Positions 1-15,173 of a DNA stretch of 64,000 nucleotides are shown here, in pieces. A program made the translations under genes and the position numbers. Source of the DNA: the human T2T-CHM13v2.0 reference genome, Homo sapiens; NCBI RefSeq assembly GCF_009914755.1, contig NC_060925.1. One strand, given 5' to 3'. A model generated the notes under the pieces. It had not been told where the DNA came from and searched no databases. It was given only the letters and a program-made list of their open reading frames with translations. Each line of letters opens with the position of its first letter. The first letter of the stretch is position 1.

Positions 1-1122
<1,122 letters not shown>

Positions 1123-1661
1123 ACCACCTTAATAATCAGTAGGAATTACTGAATATGACAGCAGTATAGATCAAAAATCTAAAAAGAAAGGGATTAACCA
1201 CACATGCATAACTACATATTCTATTTATTTTCATAAGAAAACCTGATAATTTTAATTTTCTTTAAAAAAATCACATCTACCATTTTCCCTGATGTGCGTC
1301 ATCTGGGAATAGTATATGTCATAACAAAATTAAGCAATATCACGTTTCTAAGTAGGCAGTGACATAATAATATAGATGACTTAAAAACAGGCACAAAATC
1401 TAATAGTGAGTTGAGACATGGGTAAGTTAGAAAACTTTAGTTTACAGAGCACTCTCTCAAATACACACAATATTAAAATTTTATTTTAACATTTAAAAGA
1501 GGGAATGAAAAGTAAGGAAATAAGGGAGGCAATCTGATATTATGTAAGTACTCTTAGCATGAAATTCCAAAGATCTATGTTCAAGCCCCAACATTAATGA
1601 TAATTATGGAAAATTTTTTAACATCTCTGTAAAATTATTGGGTTGAACAGTATATTAATCA

Positions 1662-1974
<313 letters not shown>

Positions 1975-2107
1975 AGTTGTACAACTGTGATTAAAAAAAG
2001 AATAATTGTTTAGGGTTCAGTTATTGTGTAGATAAGCTTCCGTTCACAGCACTTGGTAATTGCTACTCCTGCTATTAGTAATATATTTGTTGATGAGAAA
2101 AAAGTAA

Positions 2108-2406
<299 letters not shown>

Positions 2407-3532
2407 TGAAAAAAGTAATCCTATCAGTTTATTGCTTGGTTTGAGAAAAGAATAGACTTAATCAAGAATATTTTAGCAAAAAAAAAGTACTTTTTTCTTG
2501 TATCGTAGTTTACAAGTAAATTGTATGCCACAAATTTATAAATGTGATTCAGATTTTTTAATTGAAAAATAAATGATGCAAAACAAAGTAGGTTCACTTG
2601 TGCTTCAAATTTTAAAACTGCCCATAATAAAATAAGATAAAAACAATGTCCCTTCTTCCTCCTCATCAAAGACAGTTCCTTACTGTCCTAGCTTTCTGAA
2701 TATAAAACATAATGTCCAAGGAAAATCACCATATTAACCATTTAAAACTCCACCCTCCTGTTAAAGCCTGTGGATGAAAATAAGAGAAATTCTTTTATAA
2801 CTCTTTTATGCCCAGATTCAAGCAAAAGTGCTGCTTTTTCTCTACTGAATACTTAATGCCTCTCTTCACTGAGATGCTTTAAGCGGGAAGAGAAGCTTGT
2901 AGACAGGTATGTAATTGTCAGTATATTAAACTTAACTCAATATTTTAAACATGAAGGGGTGGTGGTAGAGTGTGTACATAAATTACAAAAGTATGGGGTA
3001 AAGTACATGTATCTTATGCATGTACACTCCTACACATGCATATGTTTTGTGGATACAAATATATCTTGGAAAACAAGTATATTCTAGGAAATTAATAACT
3101 CCACAAAGCCAAATCGCAAATATGTTTAGATAAACAACAAGTAAGCAGCAAAGAACATGGTTTCTATCCAAGCTAAGAAATGGCTCTTCTGAGTTTTTGT
3201 GAAGAAATCCATAAGCTGTGTGCTTGACCCCTGAGATCTAGACAGTGTGGTGGAGATTAGAAACATACAGTCTGGGATGTATTTTAAGCTCATGAAAAAA
3301 AATAAAAGGCTATGTAAATATATTGTTGTAGAATTGATTGTATTGGTCAAGTAAAATTGAGGCCACTTTCAACAAATTTTAAAGGGAAGCTGAGTATTTC
3401 AGGCCAAAGTATGTTTTTCCTGAATTATGTGAATGTTATTTCAACTCTAATAGTTTTGAGGGCTCTGTTAGATGATTAACATTAAGCGTCTCACTTCGTA
3501 ATTCATTGACTGGAGACTCAAGAAATACATGG

Positions 3533-3838
<306 letters not shown>

Positions 3839-4439
3839 TGAACTTGTTAAAGCAGCTTTTGTGTGGATTGATACAGAAACAGCAGAACTCTGTTGCCCTG
3901 GCAATAGCAACATCAGTGGGAAGTCCTGTCCACGTGGCTTTTGAGGAAATGCCTTGCAAAGCTGGGAAAGGTAAAATTAAACCTCAATGACACTACCAAT
4001 TGTATTACTAAAAATAGCAATACTATGAAAATCTATCTTCTGTATTCAGCACACTAATGGGTCACTAATAATTCAATCCTAAATAAATTTGCCAACATAG
4101 ACTACAAAAATGACTTGGTAACTTTCACAAATTTACTGACGTGTACATTTCCAGGTGGACTGTCTTCTTAAGGAACTCTAAGCAGCTACAGAATATTTTG
4201 CTCTAATGTAGAATTTAGTAAACTCTAAAAAGTTCTGCTTACCTTTTATTATAAATGCTATATTTGAGGGATCTTGGAAGTACATGTATTATTTGATCAT
4301 ATTTCAGCTGAGATTTTATTAAGACTGTTATGATGAAGGTAACGCAAGAGAATCAGATAACCTCGTACTAGAACTTCCTCGATGACTAACAAGCTATATG
4401 ACCTTATTAGTTAATCACTCTATAAAATAAGGGAAAATA

Positions 4440-4590
4440 GATTAGTGAGGCCTTCATGTTATACTGGAAAGAGGATAGATTTTGGAAGCAAACAAAACTG
4501 AATTTATTTCTAGCACCACTACCTACTGTGAGACCCTGGGCAATGTACTTGATGTTAACGGGACTTATTTTCTTCATCAGCAAAACGTTT
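4440..4590 (+). mobile_element. MIR relic
   Basis: 'ccactacctactgtgagaccctgggcaatgtactt...ttcttcatcagcaaaa' resembles the MIR core. Confidence 0.5.
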
Positions 4591-4779
4591 CTAGCTCCCT
4601 AATTATTTGTATAGTCTATTAGGCCCTCAGTTGCCTCTCGCTTTGTCCCAAACCTGTGATGTTCAAGGGTGCTAGCAAGGTTCTAATGAACTATTCAGCT
4701 AGCACCCTTGAACATGCCGCTCCCTTGATTTTCTTCTGTTTTCTTTCCCTTGATACGTTTATCATTGATACGTCTTCAA

Positions 4780-5700
4780 TTCTCACTTCTCTTCTTACTT
4801 CTCTCCCAGGCTCCAGGTCTGTATGCTCATCATTGTATGTTGGTATCTCCAAGCATATGTCCAGATTCAAATGTCCCAAATCAAACTTACCACCTTCCCT
4901 CCTGGGTTATCTCTTTCGTAGAGGCATCAACATTCTCTGCATCTAACAAATGCAGCCTGGCCATTAACTTTCACTCTCTTCTTTTTATCTATTCTCACTC
5001 TCTTGTTTTACATTCGTCTAGTTTAATGGCTATAAAATACCATCTTAATACCAAAGACTTAAAAATTTATACCTCCAATCTAGACCTTTCTCCAATTTTT
5101 TGATGTCCCCACCTGGATGTCTAACAGACATCTCAAACTCAACATATCCAGAATTGAACTCTGTATCTTCACCCCTAAAACATACTCCCCCTACAGACTT
5201 CCCTATATCTTTCCTTCTAATCCCTCAAGCCAAACCCTTGGCATTATTTTTGGCCTCTCTCCTTTTTTCTCTCCTCATAGTAAATACTCTGGTAAACCTT
5301 GTCAATGTTACTATCACATTGTACATAGTGCATGAACAACCCTCACCAGCATAGACTTTTGTCTGTTTCATTGAATAGCTCACTAGGCCATTTGGTGTCT
5401 TTGTTCTTGCTTCTTTCTTCACCAGAAAAACAGTTCCCAACCATATTCATGTTTGATTCATCCTTCAAAACCCAGCTCAAATAGTACTCTGTCCACCAAG
5501 TGGCCTCTCTAGTTGTTGACTGGAGGAAATAGCTCCTTCTTTTCACATGTCTAATGGCTTTGCCTCTCTTTTTTGACTTATTGCCTTCTAATTGGTGTGA
5601 CAGCAATCCGTGTATATGTTTTACTCTGCATGAGTGGCAATTCTTTCAAGGCAGATTTCCATTCAGTTCACTATTTATAGAGTCCATACCATATTGTATG
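4780..5700 (+). mobile_element. L2 (LINE-2) relics
   Basis: 'cctggatgtctaacagacatctcaaactcaacatatccagaattgaactc' and 'tcatccttcaaaacccagctcaaa' are typical L2 3' segments. Confidence 0.7.
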
Positions 5701-6093
5701 TGAACAAAATGATTCTAAGTGAGATCTAAAGAAAGATACATGATATGGCAAGAAGAAATGGAGAAGAGTGATTGTGTACATGCCTTGGGAATTAATTTGG
5801 AGTCAGAAAAGTAATCTTAAAGGAATGATGGTAGCAAGGAGTATGAGATACAGAAACAAAGGGGCCACTATCATACAGAGTGGTGAGGAAGAACCTCACT
5901 AGGGATCTACTAAATGTCACAGTGTATTTTGCAAGGTTATAGACACCAATTTTTAATTACTATTATAGTATCAATTATTTACTTCTAAGCTTATAAACAG
6001 ATTTTAATTGTCACATTAATATATCCAAAACAAGTAGACCACAAGCCATGGAATTAATTATTTTTGTTATTTCTATAGTTAAAAACTATCTCT

Positions 6094-6382
6094 GCTGGGC
6101 ACAGTGGCTCACACCTGTAATACCAGCACTTCAGGAGGCCGAGGTGGGTGGATCATCTGAGGTCAGGAGCTCAAGACCAGCCTGGCCAACACGGTGAAAC
6201 CCTGTCTCTACTAAAAATACAAAAATTAGCCAGGTGTACTGGCGTGCGCCTAGTCCCAGCTACTCCAGAGACTGAGGCAGGAGAATTACATGAAGCCAGG
6301 AGGTGCAGGTTCCAATGAACTGAGATCACACAACTGCACTCCAGCCTGGGCAAGAGAGTGAGACTCTGTCTCAAAAAAATAA

Positions 6383-6421
<39 letters not shown>

Positions 6422-6422
6422 A
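6094..6422 (+). mobile_element. AluSx with (TAAA)n tail
   Basis: Dimeric Alu consensus; about ten TAAA units at 6380-6422. Confidence 0.92.
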
Positions 6423-6459
6423 TTGTCTCCTCTTGGACATCACTACTGACTCTACAGAA

Positions 6460-6775
<316 letters not shown>

Positions 6776-9700
6776 TCCAGAATGTTTTTTTTTAAATTGG
6801 AAGGTAATATTATGAACAACTTTATGCCAACAAATTAGACAACTTTGACATAGTCTCATTTCAACTGGGGACATGGAGAGAGGACTTTTCTCAGGGCTTC
6901 AGTCTGGGTATCCATTTCCTCTGAATATCTTTCTCCCTGAAGCCCAAGAAAACTTGATTTGGTGTTGAAAGGATGAAACACACTGACTCTGAATTATCTT
7001 ACCTTTCCAAATTTTTTTTATTCTTACACACTTCAGATTTCGAATCTCAAATGTCAAGAACTGGACTCTTATGTTCTACAATAACCTCTGTCCACTGAGG
7101 TACTAAGTGCCATTGACTGAAGGAGGAGAGGGTCAGGTAGCAAAGGGAAGTGCCAGGAAAAACCAAAATAACTGAAAAGAAGAAATATATGTTATGCTGT
7201 TTCATATGTATATTCTGAGATTGGGTCCTCAGTTCTTTGATCTGTTGTCACTACTTCACAGGTACTTTTTCCAGCTACTTACTGATGTCATAGTGTACCT
7301 ATCTTTTCTGATGAGAAGAGACTTAATCTTCTCCCAGTTAAATCAGGTGTGTGTCCTTGGTTCACCTGTACTGATTCCCCAGTTTGGCTAAGAGTTCTGG
7401 TGACTGGTGGCAGACATATACCTGATAAGGAGACAAACGTGAATAGCTAGAACTTTACATAATCAATTAAAATAATGGTTTTGTGGATTAAATATTGCTC
7501 AAATCACTCCAACCTGAACCATTTTCAGCCTTCTTATTACAGTGCCTACCATATCACATCTGACACAAATACATAAGAAAGAGCACAGTATTTCCTTCAA
7601 TTGAAGATAAAAATCTTCACACTGGATGTTTGATCTTCAGCAGCTACAAAAGTTTCCGTTTGCATTAGGTTGTATGTGTCCTTTAGCTTTCAGGAACTGA
7701 TTAAGGCCTCCATCTCCCACATCATGCTGACAACCTCCATCAGGTCTAACCAATGCAACACACAAAAGATCTAGCATATTCCTGAGTAGATACTTGAATT
7801 CGATCTGAAAACAGCCAATATGTCATAAGCAAGAGCATTTGGAAAAAAAAGTTACCCCACAAGCTCAATTCTGCCACCAAAACAAGACAAAACAAAACCT
7901 AAGCAAAATCCATTAAAGAGAATCTTTTATGATTCTCTCCTTTTTCACCCTCCTTTTTCTTTGAGGAAAGAGAGACCCAGTGATTGAGCTATTTGTCCAC
8001 ATTATTCCCAAATTCAGTGCCAGCAACAAGACCTGAATTTCTGCTTGCTCATCTCTGTTTCCACAGATTTTTTCCATATTAGACAATCACCCAAGATGGC
8101 TGGGCCTACAGAAGATCATGTGCACAAAAAATAACTAGAACCATAGAAGCTTCATTTGTCTATTTTTATTTTGTAATAGTTTTTATGTTTGTATGTGTTG
8201 GATAAGAAGAACCTCTAAAAGTAATGTGGAAATCTACATGAATTATCCACAGGCCGTGTCATATATGTAATTTGCCTGGCCTAAATTAACTCTTTTCTTC
8301 CAAGGAGTTACTTTTCAAAACAGCCAATAGTTTTATTGAATGTAATGTGTCTTTTTACAAACATTTCAAGAATAAGAACTTAAAAATAACAACTTAACAA
8401 AAGTGACAACTGGGTTTTCTATTCTATTTTTCACACAGCCAAGAAAGCTTAATTCTATACCCGAACCATCCCAATACAGCTTTAGGTCTGCAATGAAGGA
8501 TATTCTACAAACTGCCTCAGCATATTTTGCCCATGTTTACCATTAAATCATTTTTTCTTGTGCCTACTTTGTGTCTCTCCAGCTTTGATATTTACTTCTT
8601 CTGAACGTTGAAAACCCCAAACTTAATATACCTAATTTATGTCCTTTCAACAAGTACCTAAAATTAGGAGCTAATAAATTTCTGAGTCCTTAATTATATC
8701 TGTATATAGGTGCATATGTGTTTGTTTACATACACACCCACACATATACATATGTGTTTGTGCATAACATACATACACTTTTTATTAATAAATATTTATG
8801 ACCTGTGATTTGAGAAAGAGCTCATCGTTTAAAGTTCAGTACTCTTTTGATTTCTTACATGCAAAAGCAAAATAAATATATTGTGTTCTCTACAGATTTT
8901 GTCTGTCCTTTTTATTCCTAATACTGCATTCCATTTTATGGTAACAGTTATAAAGACATGCACTCTAAGAACACAGCATAGTCTTGACTTGAAAAGAGAT
9001 TGAAACAAAATAACCAATTTTTAAATCACTAACTAGTCTCATCATTTATATCTAGGGTTTCTAGTTTCTTTGATATTATACCATGCTTCCCAAAAGGTTT
9101 CTCCATTAATATTAACAGCTTTATGAATCTCATTACTCTCGATTTATGCCTTTTCAATTTATTTAAGGTTGTGTCAATATTAAATTATCTGTCCCTTGTG
9201 AGCAACTTCAATAATGTTTAGATGCAAAATGGTCTTAAGTATAACCTAGCAAGCAAAAATCTATGTTATTACTTATAATGTTATCCTTCTTAACAGAATT
9301 AACTAATAGTTAATAAGTATTATATTGAAGAGTTCCAATCTAAATTTCTACAACAAAAATACCATAAGCTGTACTTCAACTTTTGCCTTTATTTAACTTC
9401 AAATGTATTTGTTTTGGAATAAAAAGCAGAGAGGGAGGTCAAAAAAATGAATTGCAATGTTTGAAACTACAGCCCAGACATCTAGGAGAGGCCACAAACA
9501 AAATTAAGTGAACATTTGGACAAAAATTTCCATTTTAGGAGATTTCCACCTGTAGGAAGATGGAACAGACATACACAAAACAAACAGAAGAATAAAAGGT
9601 GGAGACAAGAGCCAGACAAACTGGCAATGGAATTCAGGACCCAAGGAACAACACAATGGTGAGTTTTCTGGGTTGTCTTTTTGCCTTGGATGTTCCAGAC

Positions 9701-11196
9701 TTGCCAAAGAAACCAGGAACCTGAAAATGCCAATGCAGACTCAAAAGCCCCAAGGAAAGAAAAGCCCCTGATAAAGCCCCAAGATTTTGACTCCTTTAGC
9801 CAAAGGAACAGGAGAGGGTCAGCCTAGCAAGATGAAAATCTTTTAGACATTAACTACTCTACTCCAGTCAAATACCACAGGAAAAATTGTGGTCCCATCC
9901 CCACCCACACAAGCAAAGGCCAAGGGGGAAGCCGTGAGTCTACATCACCAGGCTGTGATGAGACACCCCAACACACCCTCAAGAGTGTTGTAAGAGAAGA
10001 ACAAGTAGAGAGCTAGGACTTTCAACTTGACCTGACAAACACAGTCCCAGATGCCCCCAACTCCCAACCCAGGGTTCACATGGGAAGCCTGGACTTCCAT
10101 GTGGGAAACCTGGACTTCCATTTCCACCTGGCAGTAACAAAGCATCTCTCCCCTCCCCATTGGGGTGGTGTTAGAGGTGGCCTAGTAGAGAATCAGGAAC
10201 TTTATTACTCCCCAGCAGAAACAAGTTCGAATCTTCTCCCCTCTCCACTTCACCACCAATGGTGTCAGTGGAGGCAAGTGGGAAACAGTAATGAGGCATT
10301 CCTACCCCTCCAAGCTAAGGAGGTATCAGTGAAGACCTAGTAAAGAGCCAGGACTCCCATCTCCTACTCAGCAATAACGAGGACCACCTCCCCCGCCAAC
10401 CTCTATTGCCAACAGAGACCAAGTGGGGAAGCTGGACTTCTACCTCTACCTAACAGTAATGAGGTAGTGCCCCCCTTCCCCTGCCTGAGTGGTATCAGAG
10501 AAATTCAATTAAAACAGAAAGCTTAAATAAGACCCAGACTCTCATAACAGAATACCCAAAATGTTCAGGTTTGAATCAAAAGTTCTTACTAGATCAGGAA
10601 CCAAGAAACCTAAGACTGACTAAAAGAAGACAATCAATAGATGAAAACGCTAAGATGACAAAGGTGTCAGAATTATCTGACACACTTGAAGGAAATGAAA
10701 AAGTATGAAGTTTCAGCAAAGAAATATAAGGTGTATAGAAGAACCAAATGAGAATTTTAGAATTGAAAAATATCATAACCAAACATTTTAAACTAAATGG
10801 GTGGGCTCAATAGCATAATAGAGGAGCTAGGAAAAGAATTAATGAACTAGAAGACAGAAGAATGGAAATTATTCACTCTGAGCAATAGAGGAGTAAAAAA
10901 AATGAACAGAGCTTCAAGAAACTGTAACAAAAGCTATAACATGCTTGTCATCAGAGACCCACAATGAGAGGCAAAGAAGGACAGCGATTTTTAAAATACT
11001 CAAAAAAATAATGGCTGAAAATTTTCCAAATTTGCCAGAAGTAAATAATTTTAAATTCAAGAAGTTGAGCTTAAAAAGACAGACTTAAAGAAACCTACAC
11101 CAAGACATTATACTCAAACTTCTGAAAACTAAAGACAAAGAGAGAGTCTTGAAAGCAGCAAGAAAAACCAACACCTTAACTAAGAAGGGGAACCTA

Positions 11197-11512
11197 TTTA
11201 TTGATTGATTGATTTGTTTGTTTATTTTGAGATGGATTCTCGCTCTGTCGCCCAGGCTGGAGAGCGCAGTGGCACAACCTCGGTTCATGGCAACCTCTGC
11301 CTCCTAGGTTCAAGCAATTCTCCTGTCTCAGCCTGCTCAGTAGCTGGGACTACAGGTGTGCACCATCACGTAAGACTAATTTTTGTATTTTTAGTAGAGA
11401 CAGGGTTTCACCATGTTGGCCAGGCTGGTCTTGAACTCCTGACCTCAAGTGATCTGCCCACCTCAGCCTCCCAAAGCACTGGGATTACAGGCATAAGCCA
11501 CCGTGCCCAACC
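11197..11512 (-). mobile_element. AluS inside L1M ORF1
   Basis: Reverse Alu consensus with (TTGA)/(TTTG) tail. Confidence 0.92.
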
Positions 11513-11855
11513 AGGGAAAACAACTTAAATAACAGCAAGTTTCTCATTAGAAATTATAAAGCACAAAATAAAATGTCTTAACATTTTTCAAATGCTGAAA
11601 GAAAAACACTGTCAACCCAGAATCCCATACTCAGCAAAAATATCTTTCAAGAATGAAGAAGAAATCAAGACATTCTCAGATGAAGGAAAACTAAAAAAAC
11701 TGATTGCCAGCAAACTTACCCTTAGGAGAATTGCTAAGGAAATCGTCTAAACAGAAAGGAAATGATAAAAGAAGGAATGTTTGAACACCAGAAAAGAAGA
11801 AAAAATATGATGAACAAAAATATGAGAAAATACAATTAACTCTCCTCTTGAGTTT

Positions 11856-11934
11856 TCTTTCTTTCTTTTTTTTTTTTTTTTGAGACAGAGTCTCGCACTG
11901 TCGCCCAGGCTGGAGTGCAGTGGCGTGATCTCGG
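11856..11934 (-). mobile_element. Severely 5'-truncated Alu (3' ~55 nt plus tail)
   Basis: Poly-T + 'gagacagagtctcgcactgtcgcccaggctggagtgcagtggcgtgatctcgg', then an abrupt return to L1 sequence. Confidence 0.85.
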
Positions 11935-12755
11935 TGGAAGCAAAATTTATAACATGATCTGATGAGGTTCTAAATGTACATAAAGGAAATATTTAAGACT
12001 ATTATAAAAAGGGTAGGATATAGGAATATAAAGGGCAGTTTCTACACATCACTCAAACTAATAAATAAAACAAGTAAACTGTGATAAGTTATACACACAC
12101 ACCCACACACACACAATACCTATAGCAACCACTAAAAAACCTACACGAAGAGTTATACTCCAAAATACTATGGATAAATTACAATGGAGTTACAGAAATG
12201 TTCAAATTTGTCCCAGGAGGGCAGAGAAAAATAAAACAGGAAATCAAGAAACAGAACAAACAGAAAACAAAGAAAGTGACAGACATAAGCTCTAATATAT
12301 TAACAATCACTTTAAATGTAGAGTCTAAATATGCCAGTTAAAACACAGACATTGGCAGAGTGGATTAAAAAATGTAACCCAAGAATATCCTGTCTATAAG
12401 AAACTCACTTCAATATAACATTATAGACAGGTTAAAAGTAAAAGGGTAGCTTAAAAAATACATCATGCAAACATCAAAGAGAAGTGGCTATGATAACATC
12501 AGATGACATAGCCTCCAGAGAAAATAAAACTACCAGAAACAGGAAGAGACATAATACAATGATAAAAGGGTCGATCCACCAAGAAGACAGCAATCCTAAA
12601 TGCTAAACATGCATGTATCAAGCAACAGAGCTGAAAAATGAAGCAGAAACTGAGAGAACTGCAAGGAGCAATAGACATCTTCACAATTATAACTGGAGAT
12701 CTCAACATCCCTGTCTCAACAATTAATAGAACAACTAGACAGAAAATCAGCAAGG

Positions 12756-12893
12756 GGCCAGGCATGGTGACTAGTGCCTGTAATCCTAAGACTTTAGGAG
12801 GCCAAGGCAAGAGGATCCCTTGAGCCTAGGAGTTTGAGACCAGCCAGGGCAACACAGGGAGACCCTGTCTCTATAATTAATAAATAAATAAAT
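12756..12893 (+). mobile_element. FLAM (free left Alu monomer)
   Basis: Monomer 'ggccaggcatggtg...agaccctgtctct' with (TAAA) tail; TSD aatcagcaagg. Confidence 0.85.
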
Positions 12894-13577
12894 AATCAGC
12901 AAGGATGTGGAAAAACTCAACAACACCATCGGGATTTATCCAACATTTATAGAACACTTCACCCAACAACAGAAGAATATACATTATTTTGAAAAGCCTA
13001 TAGAATATATGCCAAGATAGACCATATTCTGAGCCATAAAACAAATCTCTCCAAATTTCAAAGAACTGAAATTATACAGCAGGTATTCTCTGAACACAAT
13101 AAAATCAAACTAGAAATCAATAATAGAAAGGTAACAGAAAAAAATCAAACACTTTGAAACTAAACAATATACTTCTAAATAACACATGAATTAAAAAGGT
13201 AGTCTCAAGAGAAATTTTAAAATACATGGAACTGAAAGAAAATGAAAATACAACATATCAAAATTTATATTATGCTGCTTAAGCAGTGCTGAGAAGCGTT
13301 AAAGCATACATTAGAAAAGAGAAAAATTCCCGAATCAATAATCTTAAGTTCCATATCAAGAAACTAGAAAAGGAGCAAAATAAACTCAAAGCAAACAGAT
13401 AAAATAAAATAATAAATGGAATAGCAGAAATCAATGAAACTAAAAACAGAAAAGCAATAGAGAAAACAAATGAAACAAAGAGTTGGTTTGTTGCAAAGGT
13501 TAATAAAATTGACAAATCTCTAGCAAGACTGACAAAGACAAAAGAGAGAATAATATCAGGAATGAAAACAGGGGATA

Positions 13578-14369
13578 GCCATACGAAAAAAGCTTGACAT
13601 CACTGATCATTAGAGAAATGTAAATCGAAACCACAATGAGATATTATCTTACATCTTCTGAATGGCTATTACCAAAATGTCAAAAAATAACAGATGCTGG
13701 GGAGGTTGTGGAGCAAAAGCAACAGTTATACACTGTTGGTGGGTGTGTAAATTAGTTCAACCATTGTGGAAGACAGTGTGGTAATTCCTCAAAGAACTAG
13801 AGGGAGAAATACCATTCAACCCAGCAATCTCATCACTGGGTATATACCCAAAAATTATATAAATCTTCCTATTATAAAGATACATGCATGTGTATGCTCA
13901 TTGCAGCACTATTCACAATAGAATAATCATAAAATCAACCTAAACACATATCAATGATAGACTGAATAAAGAAAATGTAGTAAACACCACAGAATACTAT
14001 GCAGCCATGAAAAAGAACAAGATCGTGTTTTTTTGCAGGTACATGGATGTAGCTGGAGACCATTATCCTCGGCCAACGAATGCAGGAACAGAAACCCAAA
14101 TACCACATGTTCTCACTTATCAGTGAGAGCTAAATGATGAGAACTCATGGATACAAACAGCAGAACAACATGCACTGGGGCCTGTCAGAGGGCTGAGGGT
14201 GGGAGGAAAGAGAAGATCAGGAAAAATAACGAATGGGTACAAAGCTTAATGCCTGGATGATGAAATAATCTGTACAACAAATCCCCTGACACAAGTTTAC
14301 CTATTTTATAAACCTGCACATGTACCCTTGAACTTAAAAGTTAAACTAATTTAACAAAAAAAAAAAAAG
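13578..14369 (+). mobile_element. 5'-truncated L1PA (L1PA13-like) inserted in L1M ORF2
   Basis: ORF2 end + 3'UTR + poly-A; degenerate TSD aacaggggat / gacaagggat; host L1 resumes with 'gtcactgcagac'. Confidence 0.85.
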
Positions 14370-14489
14370 ACAAGGGATGTCACTGCAGACCAGACTGTGC
14401 AGGCATCAAGAATGAAGGGGAAATCAAGACAAAACAAACAACTCTACATACATAAATTTGATAACTCAAGTGAAAAGAAACAATTTCTC

Positions 14490-14771
14490 GCCGGGCGCAG
14501 TGGCTCACGCCTGTAATCCCAACACTTCGGGAGGCAGAGGTGGGTGGATCACAAGGTCAGGAGTTCAAGACCAGCCTGACCAAAATAGTGAAACCCCGTC
14601 TCTACTAAATATACAAAAATTAGCCAGGAGTGGTGGTGTGCGCCTGTAATCCCAGCTACTCAGGAGGCTGAGGGACGAGAATCACTTGAACCTGGGAGGC
14701 GGAGGTTGCAATGAGCCGAGATCGCACGATTGCGCTCCAGCTTGAGTGACAGGGCGAGACTCTGTCTCAAA

Positions 14772-14814
<43 letters not shown>

Positions 14815-14815
14815 A
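14490..14815 (+). mobile_element. AluS (Sg-like) with (TAAA)n tail
   Basis: 'ggatcacaaggtcaggagttc' shows the 2-nt deletion form; long TAAA tail. Confidence 0.9.
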
Positions 14816-15173
14816 GTTCTACTATTAAGGAAATTTAATTTGTAATTTTAAAACTTCCACAATAGAAATCTCTAGGCTCAGAGGATTTCACTGGAAAGTT
14901 CTACCCTCCAAAAAATTAACACCAATTCTACGTAATCCCTTCAGGAAATACAAAAGAGCACTTCTCAAATCATTTTATAGGCAGTACTTGTTTCTAGCTT
15001 TTTGCCAGAGTCTGTTTCCCAGTCTTTCAGAATGGCCACCCTACAGGCTGCAGTTACAGTTGTTGTTTTTTTTTTAATTTTAAAAATTACTTTAAAAAAT
15101 TACTTTATAAAGCTAGCATTACACAGATATTGAAACTAGACAACGACAGTACAATGTAGCAGTAAAATTCCTT

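Noticed and set aside
8700-8780. Alternating purine-pyrimidine tract as a Z-DNA or hairpin element
   Set aside because: It is a short, interrupted CA/TA low-complexity sequence of a kind common in the genome.
9930-10500. CRISPR-like repeat-spacer array
   Set aside because: The units are degenerate tandem monomers without identical repeats or unique spacers, the context is a mammalian L1, and there are no cas genes.
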